Shown in pieces: positions 1 to 14,091 of a stretch of 64,000 bases of DNA. The position numbers and the translations under genes were made by a program. Origin of the DNA: Mobula hypostoma (Eukaryota); contig NC_086109.1 in the NCBI RefSeq assembly GCF_963921235.1, positions 32,490,001 through 32,554,000 on the forward strand. The letters are read 5' to 3'. The number at the start of each line of letters is the position of its first letter. Position 1 is the first letter of the stretch. The notes beneath the pieces are model-generated. The model was not told the DNA's origin. It did not search any database and saw only the letters and a program-made list of their open reading frames with translations.

Positions 1-1742
1 GAACACAGCACTTTACATCTGTCATGCACAATTTAATTTGCTCATTAATCTCCCATTCAGTTAGCTTGTCATACTCTGCCAAGAACTGCCATATCCTTAT
101 TCCTCTCAATTTTTAAATCCATCTTGAAAGAACATCTTTCTGAATGCCTCCCTTTACTCTCATACAATGGTTTGGTGCCCTACTTATATGACACACTGGA
201 ACACTTCCTACCAAAGTAGTGACTGTGTAAAGCTAATTAAATCTGCTGGCATCAGATGAAGTGTCTTGTGGAGTAGAGTAATCATACTTTTATAACAGTG
301 ATTATGTAATTTTGAACAATAAAGAAACACTAGAAACCAATTCTTTAACCAAGATTTATTTTCTTAAAAGCAGAACCTTTAGACATGCATATAATGTGGG
401 TTGTTTTCAAAAGTTGGAAAGATTTATTAGCAGCACCTGACAAAAATATATTCCATCTAAATATCCAAACCTTGTTTATGAAATGATTGATATTAGCTAA
501 GCAGCAAGTCTGAAAATGAATTAATATGATCAGATGAGCAGCATAATCTAACTACGTGAATTTTTAAATAAGGTCTTACTGGATTAATCTCATGATCATG
601 TGATTTTTTTGAACCAGCCATTACACCCATTGCAGACAATTTGTGATCAACAAATATAGAAGAGAAAATTAATTGCTGCCTATTGATTGGCTGTGATTAA
701 CAGTAATCAATGGCTGTGGTGTGTATATTTCAAAGTTATTTGATAAAGATATTCAAAAAATATAAATGATTTGCACAGAAAGCACGCCGATCAAAAAATT
801 AAACTACTTGAATAATCTTTCAAAAGGTTTTTGTAAATAAAATGGCTCAATATTTCTTCATGTGCTTTTAAATACAACTTATAATTTTGCAATGGTTAAT
901 GACCAAGTTGCATATTAAAAATGACAAAATACAAATGATACAAAAATTTTGATGCTGCATTTTTAAATATTATTGCTTATTCGCCATACTGGAACCTTCT
1001 GACCTTCATTTTAAATTTTCTATGAAGTACTTCTAAATACTGTGAATGAAAAAGTTTAAAGATAATAGGTTTTTAAAACAAACCCATTCAACTTTTCCCA
1101 TATCATATGTTTACCCATTTAGCCTATTAAACTGCTTCTGCTAAATACAGTGAATAACAAAGGTGTTCAATTATTTGATACTCAGCATGTTAGGCAGCTT
1201 CTTTGCTGAAACAAAGACCTTTCATTCCAACACTGTCAATCAAAAGCACTTTTATGCTGTTGTTTTCCTCTCCATAGATGCGGATTGACCTATGGTGCAC
1301 TGCCAGCATTCTGTATGTTTATTCTAGATTCCTACTGTTTACTTCCACTTTGAATAATGCTCATGTACAATAAAAGAAAATAATTGTACATTTACATTTC
1401 CTTGCACGCAATTACAACATTTCCACACATCAGGAAGATTTCTAGAGATAAAATTACATTGCCAATCTTTACAAATGAACCATTAGATCTCCTATTCAAC
1501 AAACAGACCCAGCTTATTAAATGGCACAAGTGTCACAACTGGCAACTAATGCTCAGTTTCCAGGAAATCCCCTCCCTGTTTTATTTTACTGAATTCTTTG
1601 AAATACTATACATTAATGTGGATAATTTTACAAAACATACGAGACCTGTAGCAGAGATTATGTTCCACGCTGTTCAAAAAAAAATCTGCATCTTTCTTCC
1701 GTCTCTTCAAATTATTTCTATCCTTAAATACATCCAATTTCT

Positions 1743-1820
1743 CAGCCTTTCTCCATTCTAACTTCGTCCCAAGCTTCTGGACAGCCTTTCTCCATTCTAA
1801 CTTCGTATACAGCTTCTAGA
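1743..1820. repeat. Tandem duplication, 2 x 39 bp, in MAPK14 intron 1
   Basis: cagcctttctccattctaacttcgt-ccca/atac-agcttct(g/a)ga occurs at 1743-1781 and 1782-1820. Confidence 0.9.
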
Positions 1821-2662
1821 TCCACAAGCTAGATTTTATAGTTTAAAAAATGCTGAAATGTGATATCTACTGAACCATCGTGTAAGATTTCAATCTTGTT
1901 TTTGCACCAAGCTAGGACCAGTGGAGAATTATATAGCACTATGTCACTTTTGCACGGACGAACAATTAAAGATACAGAATAACATCGAGGACAGAAGACT
2001 TTCCAAACTGTAAATCAACAAATTACAAATCACAATCAAACAATTTAGGTGCTTCCCAAAAAGAGAAAAACACTTCAATAAGCCTAATCATTAAAACCTA
2101 CAGATTAGCAAGAGGGGGAAAAACGTTGTTAGTGTCATTCAGTTTACCACGCACTAATAATAATTTGGTCAAAAAGTAACAAAAAAAAATCCAAGTTAAT
2201 GCTCGGTTAACCAAACAAATGCAACCGGTGTCAGGCAACCACACAAACATTTGTAGCACATAAAAGTTTAAAATTCAACCTTAGGACAACCTGTTTCAAC
2301 GAGCAATGCCTCTTATTCAATCAAAGAAACCACAACATGTTTTCGTTAGCCTCTGGTTGCTTCACGTTTCTGCTGCAACATAACTTTGGACAGTTATTAA
2401 ACTGGGAGAGTCCACTCTCTATTGCAACAAGTTCCTGAGCAACCTTCTTAGAGGGCGGGGTGTGTTGGGGGGGAGTATAGGGGTCCTGTGCTTTCATTTT
2501 TAATGTTTGCAAAACGGCATTTGTCCACACACCATGCACAAGGCTAAAATAAACAAACACGCCGAAGGAATACGTTAAGGATATTTAGGGGCCTAGCGGG
2601 GCCTGCAAGGGTGCTACAGCTCTCACTCCAAAAAAAAAATAAACTTTCTTCCTTGCAACTTA

Positions 2663-3360
<698 letters not shown>

Positions 3361-4350
3361 CATTTTGCAGATGTTGAATGTAATTTCTCGCTGAGGGGAG
3401 GGGGTGAGTGCAACATCTATTATGCACTTAAACACACGGCACCTATTGATGCAGTGTCAGTGACTGCTCAGATTAGTTGCAATGCTGAAAGAAGAAAATG
3501 AATATATATATACTTCTCACCCTTTCCCATCACCTAAGACACTTCTGTCACACTCTGCAAGCTCACAGTGACTGGCTTGCGTACTTTTACAGAAGGTATA
3601 TTTCCTTCAAGATTTATTTTCAATATGCAAATTAATATGTATCACTTCTGGTGATGAATACGTAACTCAGTGTTGCATTTTAAAGACATACAAATTAAAA
3701 TAAAATTTGAAATGCCTTCCTTTTTTTTCCCTGAACCATTGCTTCTTCGTTACTGGAGTTGAGAGACCCTTTCATCACATGTCACCCCACTTCTTCTAAT
3801 ATCAAGAGCAAAAATAAGGCACTTTACAGGAGAATATTAGAGTCTTGATTGAGCTACATGAGGAAATAATAGTGCGATAGCAGATGGGTTTTGATGAGAG
3901 ATTTTAAAAAGCAAGGAGAGGTAGCCCTGAAATTGGGTTATTTTCATATTTTTATTGTAACCTGCAGTAATTTTTTATGTATTGCTCTGTACTGCAGCTG
4001 CCATACAACAAATTTTATGATGTGTGATAGTAAGTCTGTTTCTGATTCCTAATTTAGCAGTTTCGGAAGTTAGTATATCAGCATTTGAAAACACGGCTAC
4101 CAGAGGTGAATCAGTTAAATTGTGGATGTAAGAGATGCTAGCAATGGAGGAATGCAGAAATAAAAAAACAGAAAATAATGGAGATACTCGACAGATCCGG
4201 CAGACTCGGTGGTGTGAGGAAAACAGGGTCACTGACTTTTCATCAGAACTGAAACCTGAGAAATCGTCTTACAGAGAGATGGGGCCAGGTGAGGAGGATG
4301 AGGTGAGGGGAGCAGAGGAAGTCAGAGTTGTAGCTGCAGGAGATTATGAA

Positions 4351-4634
4351 CACAACAAAATCTGCAGATGCTGGAAATCCGAAGCATCCCACACAAAATC
4401 CTGGAGGAAATCTGCGGGCCAGACAGCATCTATGGAAATGAATCAACAGTCGACATTTTGGGCCGAGACCTCCTTCAGGACATGGAGCATGAATAAAATT
4501 ATTTTTATTCTGGCATCTCCGGCCTTCCTTTCCAGTCCTGAAGAAAGGCCGCGGCCTGAAATGTCAGCTGTTTATTCATTTCCATAGATGCTGCCTGACC
4601 TGCTGAGTTCCTCCAGCACTCTGTGTGTGTTGCT
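4351..4634. mobile_element. Penelope-like terminal-repeat (pLTR) mini-insertion made of two inverted copies
   Basis: The arms ~4380-4480 and ~4530-4634 are reverse complements of the same repeat. Flanked by the 14-bp direct repeat CAGGAGATTATGAA (4337-4350, 4635-4648). The same repeat terminates the GIY-YIG-coding fragment at 22990-24115. Confidence 0.8.
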
Positions 4635-5014
4635 CAGGAGATTATGAAGCAAGGGAGAAAAGCCCATAGGAGTATGAAATTGAGGGTAAAAATATTAAAT
4701 TGATGTGTTCTTTAACCAGAAAATCATGCATGCAAATCCAATCAGACTAAATAACAATGCCCATTGTGGGTGAGGGTATTTGGATGACCTAAAATACATG
4801 GAAGATATGATATTGACCAGGAATGCATTGGAATTGTCAGGGTTTGAGGTAAACAAGACATCACTAACAGCTTCATTACCAGATGACATGAAGAAGGGGA
4901 GGGCTGAGCAGTATGATGGAGATGAAATACTGTTGATCTAGATATGGTATTTAAAGTTCATCTGTAGATCAAGGATGGCATGAAGGTTCTGAAGGAATTT
5001 GTTCAGCTCATACA

Positions 5015-5242
5015 GTGACACAGCTTGGTAACAGGCTCTTCTAGCCCAACAAGCCAGCACTGCATAATTATACCCATGTGATCAGTGGTCCTTTGGAATG
5101 TGTGAGGAAATCTGAGAACCTGGAAGAGATTCACAGCGTCATGGGGTGAACGTACGAGCTCCTTAGAGACAGTGGCAGAATTGAACCCAGGTGACTAGTG
5201 CTGTGATAGAGTTGCACTAAATGCTATGCTATGGTGCTGCCC
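5015..5242 (-). mobile_element. tRNA-derived SINE (V-SINE-like), degraded
   Basis: Reverse complement begins GGGGCAGCACCATAGCATAGC...GGGTTCAATTC (A/B-box-like); similar to copies at 46075-46340 and 61064-61982. Confidence 0.65.
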
Positions 5243-5309
5243 CCTTTATGTTAAATGCTTGAGATATGACATTTTTAGAGCATTGTGTAAGCATGTATTA
5301 CTCACTGCC

Positions 5310-5720
5310 CATTATGTCATTGATGTTTAGGGCAGCAATGAAGGTACTCCATCTTTGTCTGTCCTTGGCCATCTTCTCCATTGCGCCCCAGTTGTAGTTC
5401 AGAGTCTTGGTCTTGGTGGTGTTCAGGGCTTCCTTCATCGTGCCAGTAGTTTCCCCTCAGTTTTCACTACTGTCAGCCATGCAAGACCTGGGAGGAGACT
5501 CAGGAATACCATCTCACACAGACATAAAAGGAATCTTCATTGATGTTTCCATAACAATTTTGTTTTACCAGTCAGGGTTAGCCCTGAGTAGAACCCTTGA
5601 CCCTGGAGGACCAGTGGACCACTCTTAGTCTAGTCTCTACCCTTTGCCCTGTTTGGCATGGGTGACCTTACTACAGCCCAGACTCTGGCCAACTGAGGCA
5701 CACAAGCCTGCAAACCCTAC
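5310..5720 (-). mobile_element. RTE/Expander-related short non-autonomous element
   Basis: The minus strand carries GGTCACCCATGCCAAACAGG...GACTAAGAGTGGTCCAC, resembling RTE 5' ends, and a 3' part encoding an RTE-like C-terminus (...WGAMEKMAKDRQRWSTFIAAL). Recognised by eye. Confidence 0.55.
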
Positions 5721-6130
5721 GAGAACATTATTATATTCTTGGAAGGTAAACATGTATTGCAGATGGGATAATGACTAGAATCAATTGTTTTATCGTGTGA
5801 CTTGCTCTCATACATTCAAACTAGAAATTCAAAGTTTTTTTGGAGATTTTATCACAATTAAAATGACTAGTTTGACAAACTTTCTGATGTTTCAGTATTA
5901 TAAGTTATACACATTGCTTAGCAAATTAGAAGAGTGAAGAATTCTAACAGAGTTTCTACCATGATTGCACTGCTCCTGAGAAACGCTGCCTCATTCTGCC
6001 CTGCAGAGCTGATGTACGGTTAGAATGACAATAAGGTTTTTTGAATCTTGAATCTTTGAAAAAGTAGGGCTGCTGGAATGTCTTCCGTGTGATTGCGTCA
6101 ATGTGTTTTGTCTGGCTGTATACATACATA

Positions 6131-9100
6131 TTGATGCTTCTGTACACATCTTCAGTGATGTTCCTGGAATCATCGGGTGTTTCGGATCTTTCAACATCAT
6201 ACAACCTCCTCCAGGTGACCCAGCCGGGGCTGATCAGACCCCAGCTTGTGTCCAGATGGCTAGCTACTTATGACTCCATGGCTCCCCTCTTTTGAGCCAC
6301 AGCCATCTTGAGGCCCTCTCTGCCGCATCGGTGGTACTGCGGATGGCTCTCCTCTCCTCTCTCCCTCGATGCCCAAAATGCTGAAGGCTCTAACTAAAGA
6401 ACGGGCTACAAATCCCCTACAACCAACCACCACTGGGAGACACCTCGCTCTCCATCCAGCCTGCTGACAGTTGCTGACCAGTCCTGCGTACTTGGAGAGC
6501 TCCCTTTCAAAGGCCTCCTCCAAGCTATCTTCCCATGGGCCTGTCAGCTCCAGCAGCACCACTTGCTTAGTAGACTCAGACACTAGGACAATGTCTGGTC
6601 GCAGGGTGATGGCTGCGATATGGTTGGGGAACTTCAGCTGCCCTTCGAGGTCCACCAACAGCTGCCAGTCCCTTGCAGAGGTCAGAATGCCTGCAGATGT
6701 TCTTTTGGCAGGTATTGGCTGCTCCCCAGCTCTGACAAAGGCAATGGTCTGCTTGGAGGGTCGGGACCGCTTCGCCCACTCAACTCCTGTGCTGACAGCT
6801 TCAACGATGGTCTTCAGGACCTGATCATGCCTCCACCTGTACCGTCCCTCACCAAGTGCCCTTGCACAGCCACTGAGGATGTGCTCCAGGGTTTCTTGCT
6901 TGGAGCACAGTGGGCACGCATATGACTCTGCCTTGCCCCATGTGTGCAGGTTTGATGGGCTTGGAAGCACATCGCACACTGCCTGGATGAGAAATTGGAT
7001 GCGGTATGGTTCGGCTTTCCAAAGATCAGCCCAGGTCACTTTCCTCTCAACCGCATTCTCCCATCTTGTCCAAGCTCCCTGTTGCTTCATTCCCACTGCC
7101 TCGCAGGCTCTCATCTCCTCCACTACTGCTCTCACCTCCTCCTGAACTAGACGACGCCTTTCCTTCCCTCTGGTGTCCATTTGGGGAGTTGGAAAGGATC
7201 CTAGCCCAGCTCGGCCTCGTGTGACCACTCCCACCAGCCTCCTGTGATGCAGTCTCGCCTCTGCCTCCTGAACAGCTTCCTCTGCCCTCCACTTCCTGCC
7301 AGTACTTACTTGGATCCCTGCTCTAGCCACCTTTGGGTCACTTGAGTCCCTATACTGTAGCACTTCTGTGGCTCTTGTTACCTTGAATTCTTCCTCCAAG
7401 GATTTGAAGGGCAGTTGCAGTTTGTTGTGGTGTCCACAGAGTGCGATGCTGCTCAGGCTCTTTGGCAGCCCCAGCCATCTCCTGAGGTGGTTGCTAACCC
7501 TCCTCTCTAAGGTTTCGACTGTCGAGATCGGAACTGCATAGACGAGGAGGGGCCACAGGATTGTGGGAAGAATGCCATGCTGATACACCCAGGCTTTAAA
7601 CTTCCCAAGTAGGCCAGACTTGTCCACAGATTTCAGCCAGCCATCCAACTCGGTGCAGGTTGCCAGAATGGATGTTGTATCCCTTAAAGAGCTGTCAGAA
7701 ACTTTGCCTAAGCTCTTGACTGGCTTTTCTGTGATGGTTGGGATGGCTGTGCCTGCGATGCTGAACCGGAACTTGTTCTCCACCTTCCCTTTCCTCAGCA
7801 ACATCGATCTTGATTTGGCAGGTTTGAAACGCATCCGGGCCCACTCCACCAGCTTTTTGAGCCCGTACTGAATCCTCCAGCAGCCTGGGACTGATTCTGT
7901 GGTGACTGTGAGGTCATCCATGAATGCCCTGATAGGTGGTTGCCGTTGAGCGGAATTCATTCTGGGCCTCTGGACTCTGGTTCAGCAGACTTAGTGAGCA
8001 TGTTCATGGCTAGGGAGAACAGTGTCACTGAGATAGTGCACCCTGTGATGATGCTGATCTCCACCTTGTGCCAGGTTGATGTAATTGCTCCTGAAGAGAC
8101 CCTCATCCTGAAGTTGCTGTAATAATCAGCGATAAGATCTCTGATTCTGCTGGGGACGTGATAATTGGTCAGTGTGAGCTGCACCAGCTTGTGCGGAATG
8201 GAGCCATATTCATTTGCCAGGTCGAGCCACAACACTGACAGGTTGCCCTGATGAGCTGTGTCACCACACCGATGTGTTCCAGACAGCCCGGCATCCCTGA
8301 AATGCCACCCTTCTGGACTGATGTATCAATATAGGTGTTCTTTGCTAGGTAGGTGCACAACCGATTGGAAACTGCACTGAAGAAGATCTTCGCCTCGACA
8401 TACAGCAGGGAGATGATGTGAAACTGATCTATCTGGGTGGCATTTTCCTCCTTCGGGATCCACACCCCTTCAGTCACTCTCCACTGTTCTGGGATCTTCC
8501 CCCTTCTCCAGAAGGTTCTCAGGATCTTCCACAGATGCAGCAGGAGTTTGGGGCAGTTCTTGTACACTTTGTACGAGGTGTGGCTTGGTCCTGGAGCCGA
8601 GCTTGCCCTTGCTTTGCGGACGACCTCTCTGACTTCCTTTAGTTGCAGCTCTGACATGTCGAACTGCACATCCGGTTCAGGTGGGTCTATTAGGATGTCG
8701 CACTCTCCCAACTCCTGCTCTCTTTCAGGATCATTATATATTTTCTTCAGATGTTGGTCTATGTCTTCCTGCGAACAGGCCAGTTTCCCACTGCGCTTCT
8801 CCCCCAGCACCTCCCTGGTGAACTTGAAGGGGTTGGCGATAAAGGCAGCACGTTTTCAGGCCCTTTCACGATGCCGCCTCCGATGCCACTCTGCCCGGCG
8901 GAGGACCCTGATCTTCTTTCATAGTATGCACATCAGCTGGGCCAAGCCAATGCGCTGCTCTTCTCCTGCCTCCTTGTATTGGGACTTCAGCACTTTCATC
9001 TCCTGCCTGATGTGGATCCTCAATGCTCTTTGGTTCTTCGAGTAAGATGTTTTGGAGCCTTCTTTTTCCTCTTTTCCTCTTCTCCGAACCGTTCAGCTGC

Positions 9101-9392
9101 GATACTAACAATAATTGTTGTCATGGCTTGCGGCTTCCTATCAACCCCTCCCTTCGCCGTTGCCTCCAGAATTTGGTTAACATCATCATCAAACTGCTTC
9201 CACAGTGAAGTCATGTTAGCTGCCGGCCATTTGATCGGCCTCCTGTTAGACTTCATGTTTGAGGGATTAGTGTTTGCAGCACTTGGAGGTTCTGGGCACT
9301 ATGGGGTGACTCCGGGCCTGGCCCCTCCTTCGTCTCACCAGGTTGGACACCTGCGCGTTGTGCTGCTCCTGCTCCCGCCAAACACTTCATCC
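6131..9392 (-). mobile_element. Hero-clade (R2 group) non-LTR retrotransposon, nearly full ORF, frameshifted
   Basis: Collinear ORF pieces 9020-9256, 8169-8810, 7957-8235 and 6260-7960. RT motifs SAPGPS, QKGG..GMPGCLEH, WLDLAN.YGSIPH, GCTIS, RAFMDD; zinc knuckle CPLC...LEHILSGC; RHDQVL; restriction-like endonuclease RPDIV...ELT.PWE. Confidence 0.88.
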
Positions 9393-9774
9393 TCACTGGG
9401 ATAGATTGTCTGAGATGTTGATGGCAATCAACTTGAGTCTGCTTCCCCTTTTCACCACTGAGCCCTCAATGAGGACCAGTATGGGTGCTCTGCCAACCAT
9501 CACTTCCTGAAATCCACAATGTTTTAAAAATGAAACATTGGGAGTGAAGAATTTGTGTACTATTAAGATTAAAGACAAGGCTAATGGTTATGAAGAGATA
9601 TTGAGACTCTGGTGAAAAGGAGGTTTGCATATCAAGATAGATAATTTGGATCAAGTGAGGTGCTTGAGTATAAGAAATGCCAGAGAAACATAGAAACATA
9701 AAACCTACAGCACAATACAGGCCTTTCAGGCCACAAAGTTGTGCCGAACATGTCCCTACCTTAGAAATTACTGG

Positions 9775-10665
9775 TGTTACGTACCCGTAATGGTTTAAAA
9801 TTAGCAGCAATTGACCATACCTGGAGTCTGGTTTTGATGTTAAAACCACTATCTTTATTAGTATCTACTTAATATAGCAACTTAATCGAGAATAGTCAGA
9901 AGTTAACAGTATTATGAGTATACATATGTATAAATGTAGCTCCCAAACTATTGAGCTTGGGGGGGGGCGGGGGGTAGGGTACCAGGCTTAAAATCCTGAG
10001 ATGGTATGGTATGAAAGTTCAGTTCATCCACAGATTAAAGGATGTGAGAGAGAGATTTGTAATCCAAGCTGAATGTCAAGAGAAGGCATTTATGTCATAT
10101 TCTACAGGTTCCACGGTGGTAAAACAGGATAACAATCGCCACAGGTTTTATCCATCGTCGTTTCAAATCCACTTACGAATGATCACCAATAGTAGCTTAT
10201 CACAGGGGTACTGTCTTTAAAGGGAACTACCAGCCAAGCAAGGGTTAACACATAGGTAGATTCCACAAGGTTGCCCTAATCACACAACGTGATAGCCACT
10301 TATCGATATGCTGGGTCGATGCTCAACCCACCCTTGTGGGCACTCGAACGTTGTGGGCACTGTAGTCCAGGGAGTGGGAAGCACAAATCAAATATCGCTG
10401 TGATGTTTGTACGTTCTAGTATCAATTGTTTGGCGACAATAAAGTATAAAGTAAAGGAAAGTTCCAACCAGTGACCCCTTAGTCACTGGCTTCCTTCCGT
10501 TGTTTGACTCCGACTGCGACTGACTGTGTGAGAGTGAGAGTCCTTGCTTAAGTCAAAACAAGCTGCAGAGTCAAATAGTTCCGCTCCCCTCTGTCTCTCA
10601 GTAAGAATCAAACAGGAGCCGAGAAAGCCGGCGGCTGACGTCACTCAGGCAGTCTCTCTTAAAAT
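9775..10665 (-). mobile_element. LTR (Gypsy-like), one end lost, with a short LINE 3' end inserted at ~10360-10452
   Basis: Begins TGTTACGTACCC, like the solo LTR at 36200, and shares its layout (CAGCA...TGGAGTCTGG...TTTATTA). No closing CGTAACA or TSD found. Confidence 0.65.
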
Positions 10666-12372
10666 GATGGGGTGGTAAATTGGATTAGTAAGTATAGTCA
10701 TAGTCATAATCATACTTTATTGATCCCGGGGGAAATTGGTTTTTGTTACAGTTGCACCATAAATAATAAATAGTAATAGAACCATAATAGTTAAATAGTA
10801 ATATGTAAATTATGCCAGTAAGTTACGAAATAAGTCCAGGACCAGCCTGTTGGCTCAGGGTGTCTGACCCTCCAAGGGAGGAGTTGTAAAGTTTGATGGC
10901 CACAGGCAGGAATGACTTCCTATGACGCTCTGTGTTGCATCTCGGTGGAATGAGTCTCTGGCTGAATGTACTCCTGTGCCCACCCAGTACGTTATGTAGT
11001 GGATGGGAAACACGACCAAGATGGCATTCAACTTAGACAGCATCCTCTTTTCAGACACCACCATGAGAGAGTGCAGTTCCATCCCCACAACATCACTGGC
11101 CTTACGGATGAGTTTGTTGATTCTGTTGCTGTCTGTTACCCTCAGCCTGCTGCCCCAGCAGACAACAGCAAACATGATAGCACTGGCCACCACAGATTCG
11201 TAGAACATCCTCAGCACCGTCTGGCAGATGTTAAAGGAAGTCAGTCTCCTCAGGAAATAGAGACGGCTCTGACCCTTCTTATAGACAGCCTCAGTGTTCT
11301 TTGACCAGTCCAGTTTATTGTCAATTCGTATCCCCAGGTATTTGTAATCCACCACCATGTGCACACTGCCCCTCTGGATGGAAACAAGGGTCACCGGTAC
11401 CTTAGCTCTCCTCAGGTCTACCACCAGCTCCTTAGTCTTTTTCACATTAAGTATGCAGATGATACTAAGACAGGTGGAGTTATAGATAATGAAGTAGGTT
11501 TTCAAAGCTTGCAGAGAGATTTAGGCCAGTTAGAAGAGTGGGCTGAAAGATGACAGATGGAGTTTAATGCTGAAAAATATGAGGTGCTACATTTTGGTAG
11601 GACTAATCAAAATAGGACATACATGGTAAATGGTAGGGCATTGAAGAATGCAGTAGAACAGAGGGATCTAGGAATAATGGTGCATAGTTCCCTGAAGGTG
11701 GGATCTCATGTGGATAGGGTGGTGAAGAAAGCTTTTGGTATGCTGGCCTTTATTAATCAGAGCATTGAGTATAGGAGTTAGGATGTAATGCTGAAATTGT
11801 ATAAGGCATTGGTAAGGCCAAATTTGGAGTATTGTGTACAGTTCTGGTCACCGAATTATAGGAAAGATGTCAATAAAATTGAGAGAGTACAGAGGAGGTT
11901 TACTACAATGTTGCCTGGGTTTCATCTCCTAAGTTACAGAGAAAGGTTGAACAAGTTAGTCTTTATTCTTTGGAGCGTAGAAGGCTGAGGGGGGACTTGA
12001 TAGAGGTGTTTAAAATTATGAGAGGGATAGATAGAGTTGATGTGGATAGACTTTTTCCATTGAGAATGGGGGAGATTCCAACAAGAGACATGAGTTGAGA
12101 ATTAAAGGGCAAAAGTTTAGGGGTAACATGAGGGGGAACGTCTTTACTCAGAGAGTGGTGGCTGTGTGGAATGAGCTTCCAGCAGAAGTGGTTGAGGCAG
12201 GTTCGATGTTGTCGTTTAAAGTTAAATTGGATAGATATATGGACAGGAAGGGAATGGAGGGTTATGGACTGCGTGCAGGTCGGTGGGACTAGGTGAGATT
12301 AAGAGTTCGGCACGGACTAGAAGGGAGAGATGGCCTGTTTCCGTGCTGTAATTGTTATATGGTTATATGGTT
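10666..12372 (+). mobile_element. CR1 LINE 3' part (RT C-terminus and 3' UTR), interrupted by a Rex1/Babar copy
   Basis: WISKY/ADDTK, MEFNAEK.EVLHFGR, LYKALVRPNLEYCVQFWSP, FTQRVV..WN.LP; (GTTATATG)n tail ending near 12372. Confidence 0.92.
10696..11447 (-). mobile_element. Rex1/Babar LINE, 5'-truncated, nested in CR1
   Basis: NVKKTKELVVD, YKYLGI, KKGQSRLYFLRRL, FYESVVAS; AATAAA followed by a (TATGAC)n-like tail; TSD TAAGTAT (10689-10695, 11448-11454). Confidence 0.88.
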
Positions 12373-12959
12373 GTAAGGATAATGGTGAGTTAGAGCTGTG
12401 TTTTGTCATGGAATTATAGAACAAAAGGAGGTTATACAACCTTTTAAATCAGTTCTCTGTAAGAATATATCAGTAGATCTTTCCCCCATTTTATGTAGCC
12501 CTGAAACTGCAATTTTATCTTTCAATTTTAATCCAATTTGCAATGGAAAGCTTTGATAGACATACTCCACTACCCTGTCAGACATTGCGTATGAGATGCT
12601 AACCGCACACTATGCAAAAATCACCTACCAGCTTAAGTTCTTTTGCCAGTCACCTTAAATCTACCTCCTGTAGTTCCTTGTCCTCTACTAAGAGCAGTTT
12701 CCTAATATCCAGACACTTGTAATGTTGAGCCATTTTGTAATTTCTTCTTTTAACCATCCACATACCATGCAGAATATTTCCAGGTATCCTGTATTTCAGG
12801 TTCATGTTTAAGTTCAGTTTATTGTCATTCAACCCTTTACATGTATATTGCCAAACAAAACAACGTTTCTCCAGACCAAGGTGCACGACATAGTACATAT
12901 AACTCACACACACAACACATAAAGTAACATTACCATGAATAAATTAATAGATAATAAGA

Positions 12960-13990
12960 TACATAATTAATTTCTTCCCTCTGGTCCCTGGCAACAAGCC
13001 AACAAATCTAATAATCTGGCTTTCACCATCTTCAGTGACAAAGAATTCCAGACTCAGTACTATCTAGGAGAAGAAATTTATCTATACCTTGGTTTGAAAT
13101 GATTGGCCCTTATTTTGTCGCTACAATATGTTCCCTATAAATCCTGCTAGTGAAAACAACTCAATATCTACATGGTTAAGATTATCAGTCGACTTGTATG
13201 GTTCAATTAAGTCACACCTCATATTCTAAACTCCGAGGTACATAACCCCAAGCTGTCTTACCTCTCTTGATAGGACAGCCCTTTCATCTCAGGAATTAAC
13301 CTGGTGAATCTCTGTTGTACTGCTTTTATTGCTATTATATCTTTCCTTTTATAGAAAGTGAATAAACTGCACAGTATTCAAAGTGTGGCCTCAATAACAA
13401 CCTGTGCAAAAGCTTCCTATTCTTGAATTTCAACCACTTTGAAAAAATATGCCAGTATGGCATTTGTCTCCTTAACTACATTTTGGACCTGCCTTTTAAC
13501 ATTTTTTTGTGATTCATATACTAAACAAAAATCGAGATCCCCCTGAACTCCATTCATTCACAATCTCTCTGCACTTAATTCCTCTCCCAAGGTGCATGGT
13601 CTCATTATTCTCACGGTAACCTCCGTTTGCCAGCTCTGTTACCCATTCCCTCAAGCTATCCATATCCCACTACAGAATCACCTTATCCTTATCAAACCAT
13701 ACCCTTCCACCTATACTTGTATCACTGGTAAACTTGGAAACCTTCCATGTACATCCCTCTTAAGGTTATTAATGTAAAAAATAAATGAGTCAACAACCAA
13801 TCCCTGAGGTATTTCACATTTATATCCTTCCAAACTGTAAAGGACTCCTTTCTATCAACTATTTGTTTTCTATCAAACAGCCAGTGTTCAGTCCATGTTA
13901 ATACGCTTCTGCCAATACTTTGGGCTCTTAATTTATGCACAAGATTCTTATAAGGCACCTTTTAAATTTTCTTTTAGAAATCTATGCATA
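12960..13990 (-). mobile_element. Old degraded CR1 fragment
   Basis: ORF 13722-13958 PYKNLVHKLRAQSIGRSVLTWTEHWLFDRKQIV resembles CR1 RT; CR1-like 3' sequence lies at lower coordinates. Confidence 0.65.
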
Positions 13991-14091
13991 CTGTCTAGAT
14001 TGCTTTCTGTTTACAGTTACTGTTCTATAGATTTGCTGAGTATGCCCACAGGAAAAAGACTCTCTGGGTTGTATGTGGTGACATGCATGTG

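Noticed and set aside
1384..1761. 125-aa ORF antisense to MAPK14 intron 1
   Set aside because: Non-ATG start, AT-rich, no recognisable motif.
5590..5720. HDV-like ribozyme at the RTE-related 5' end (also ~42040-42090)
   Set aside because: I could not assign P1/P2/P3 pairings by eye; needs a structure search.
8437..9404. Long + strand ORFs over the Hero element, and antisense ORFs over other LINEs (e.g. 54674-55282)
   Set aside because: Shadow ORFs of coding transposon sequence.
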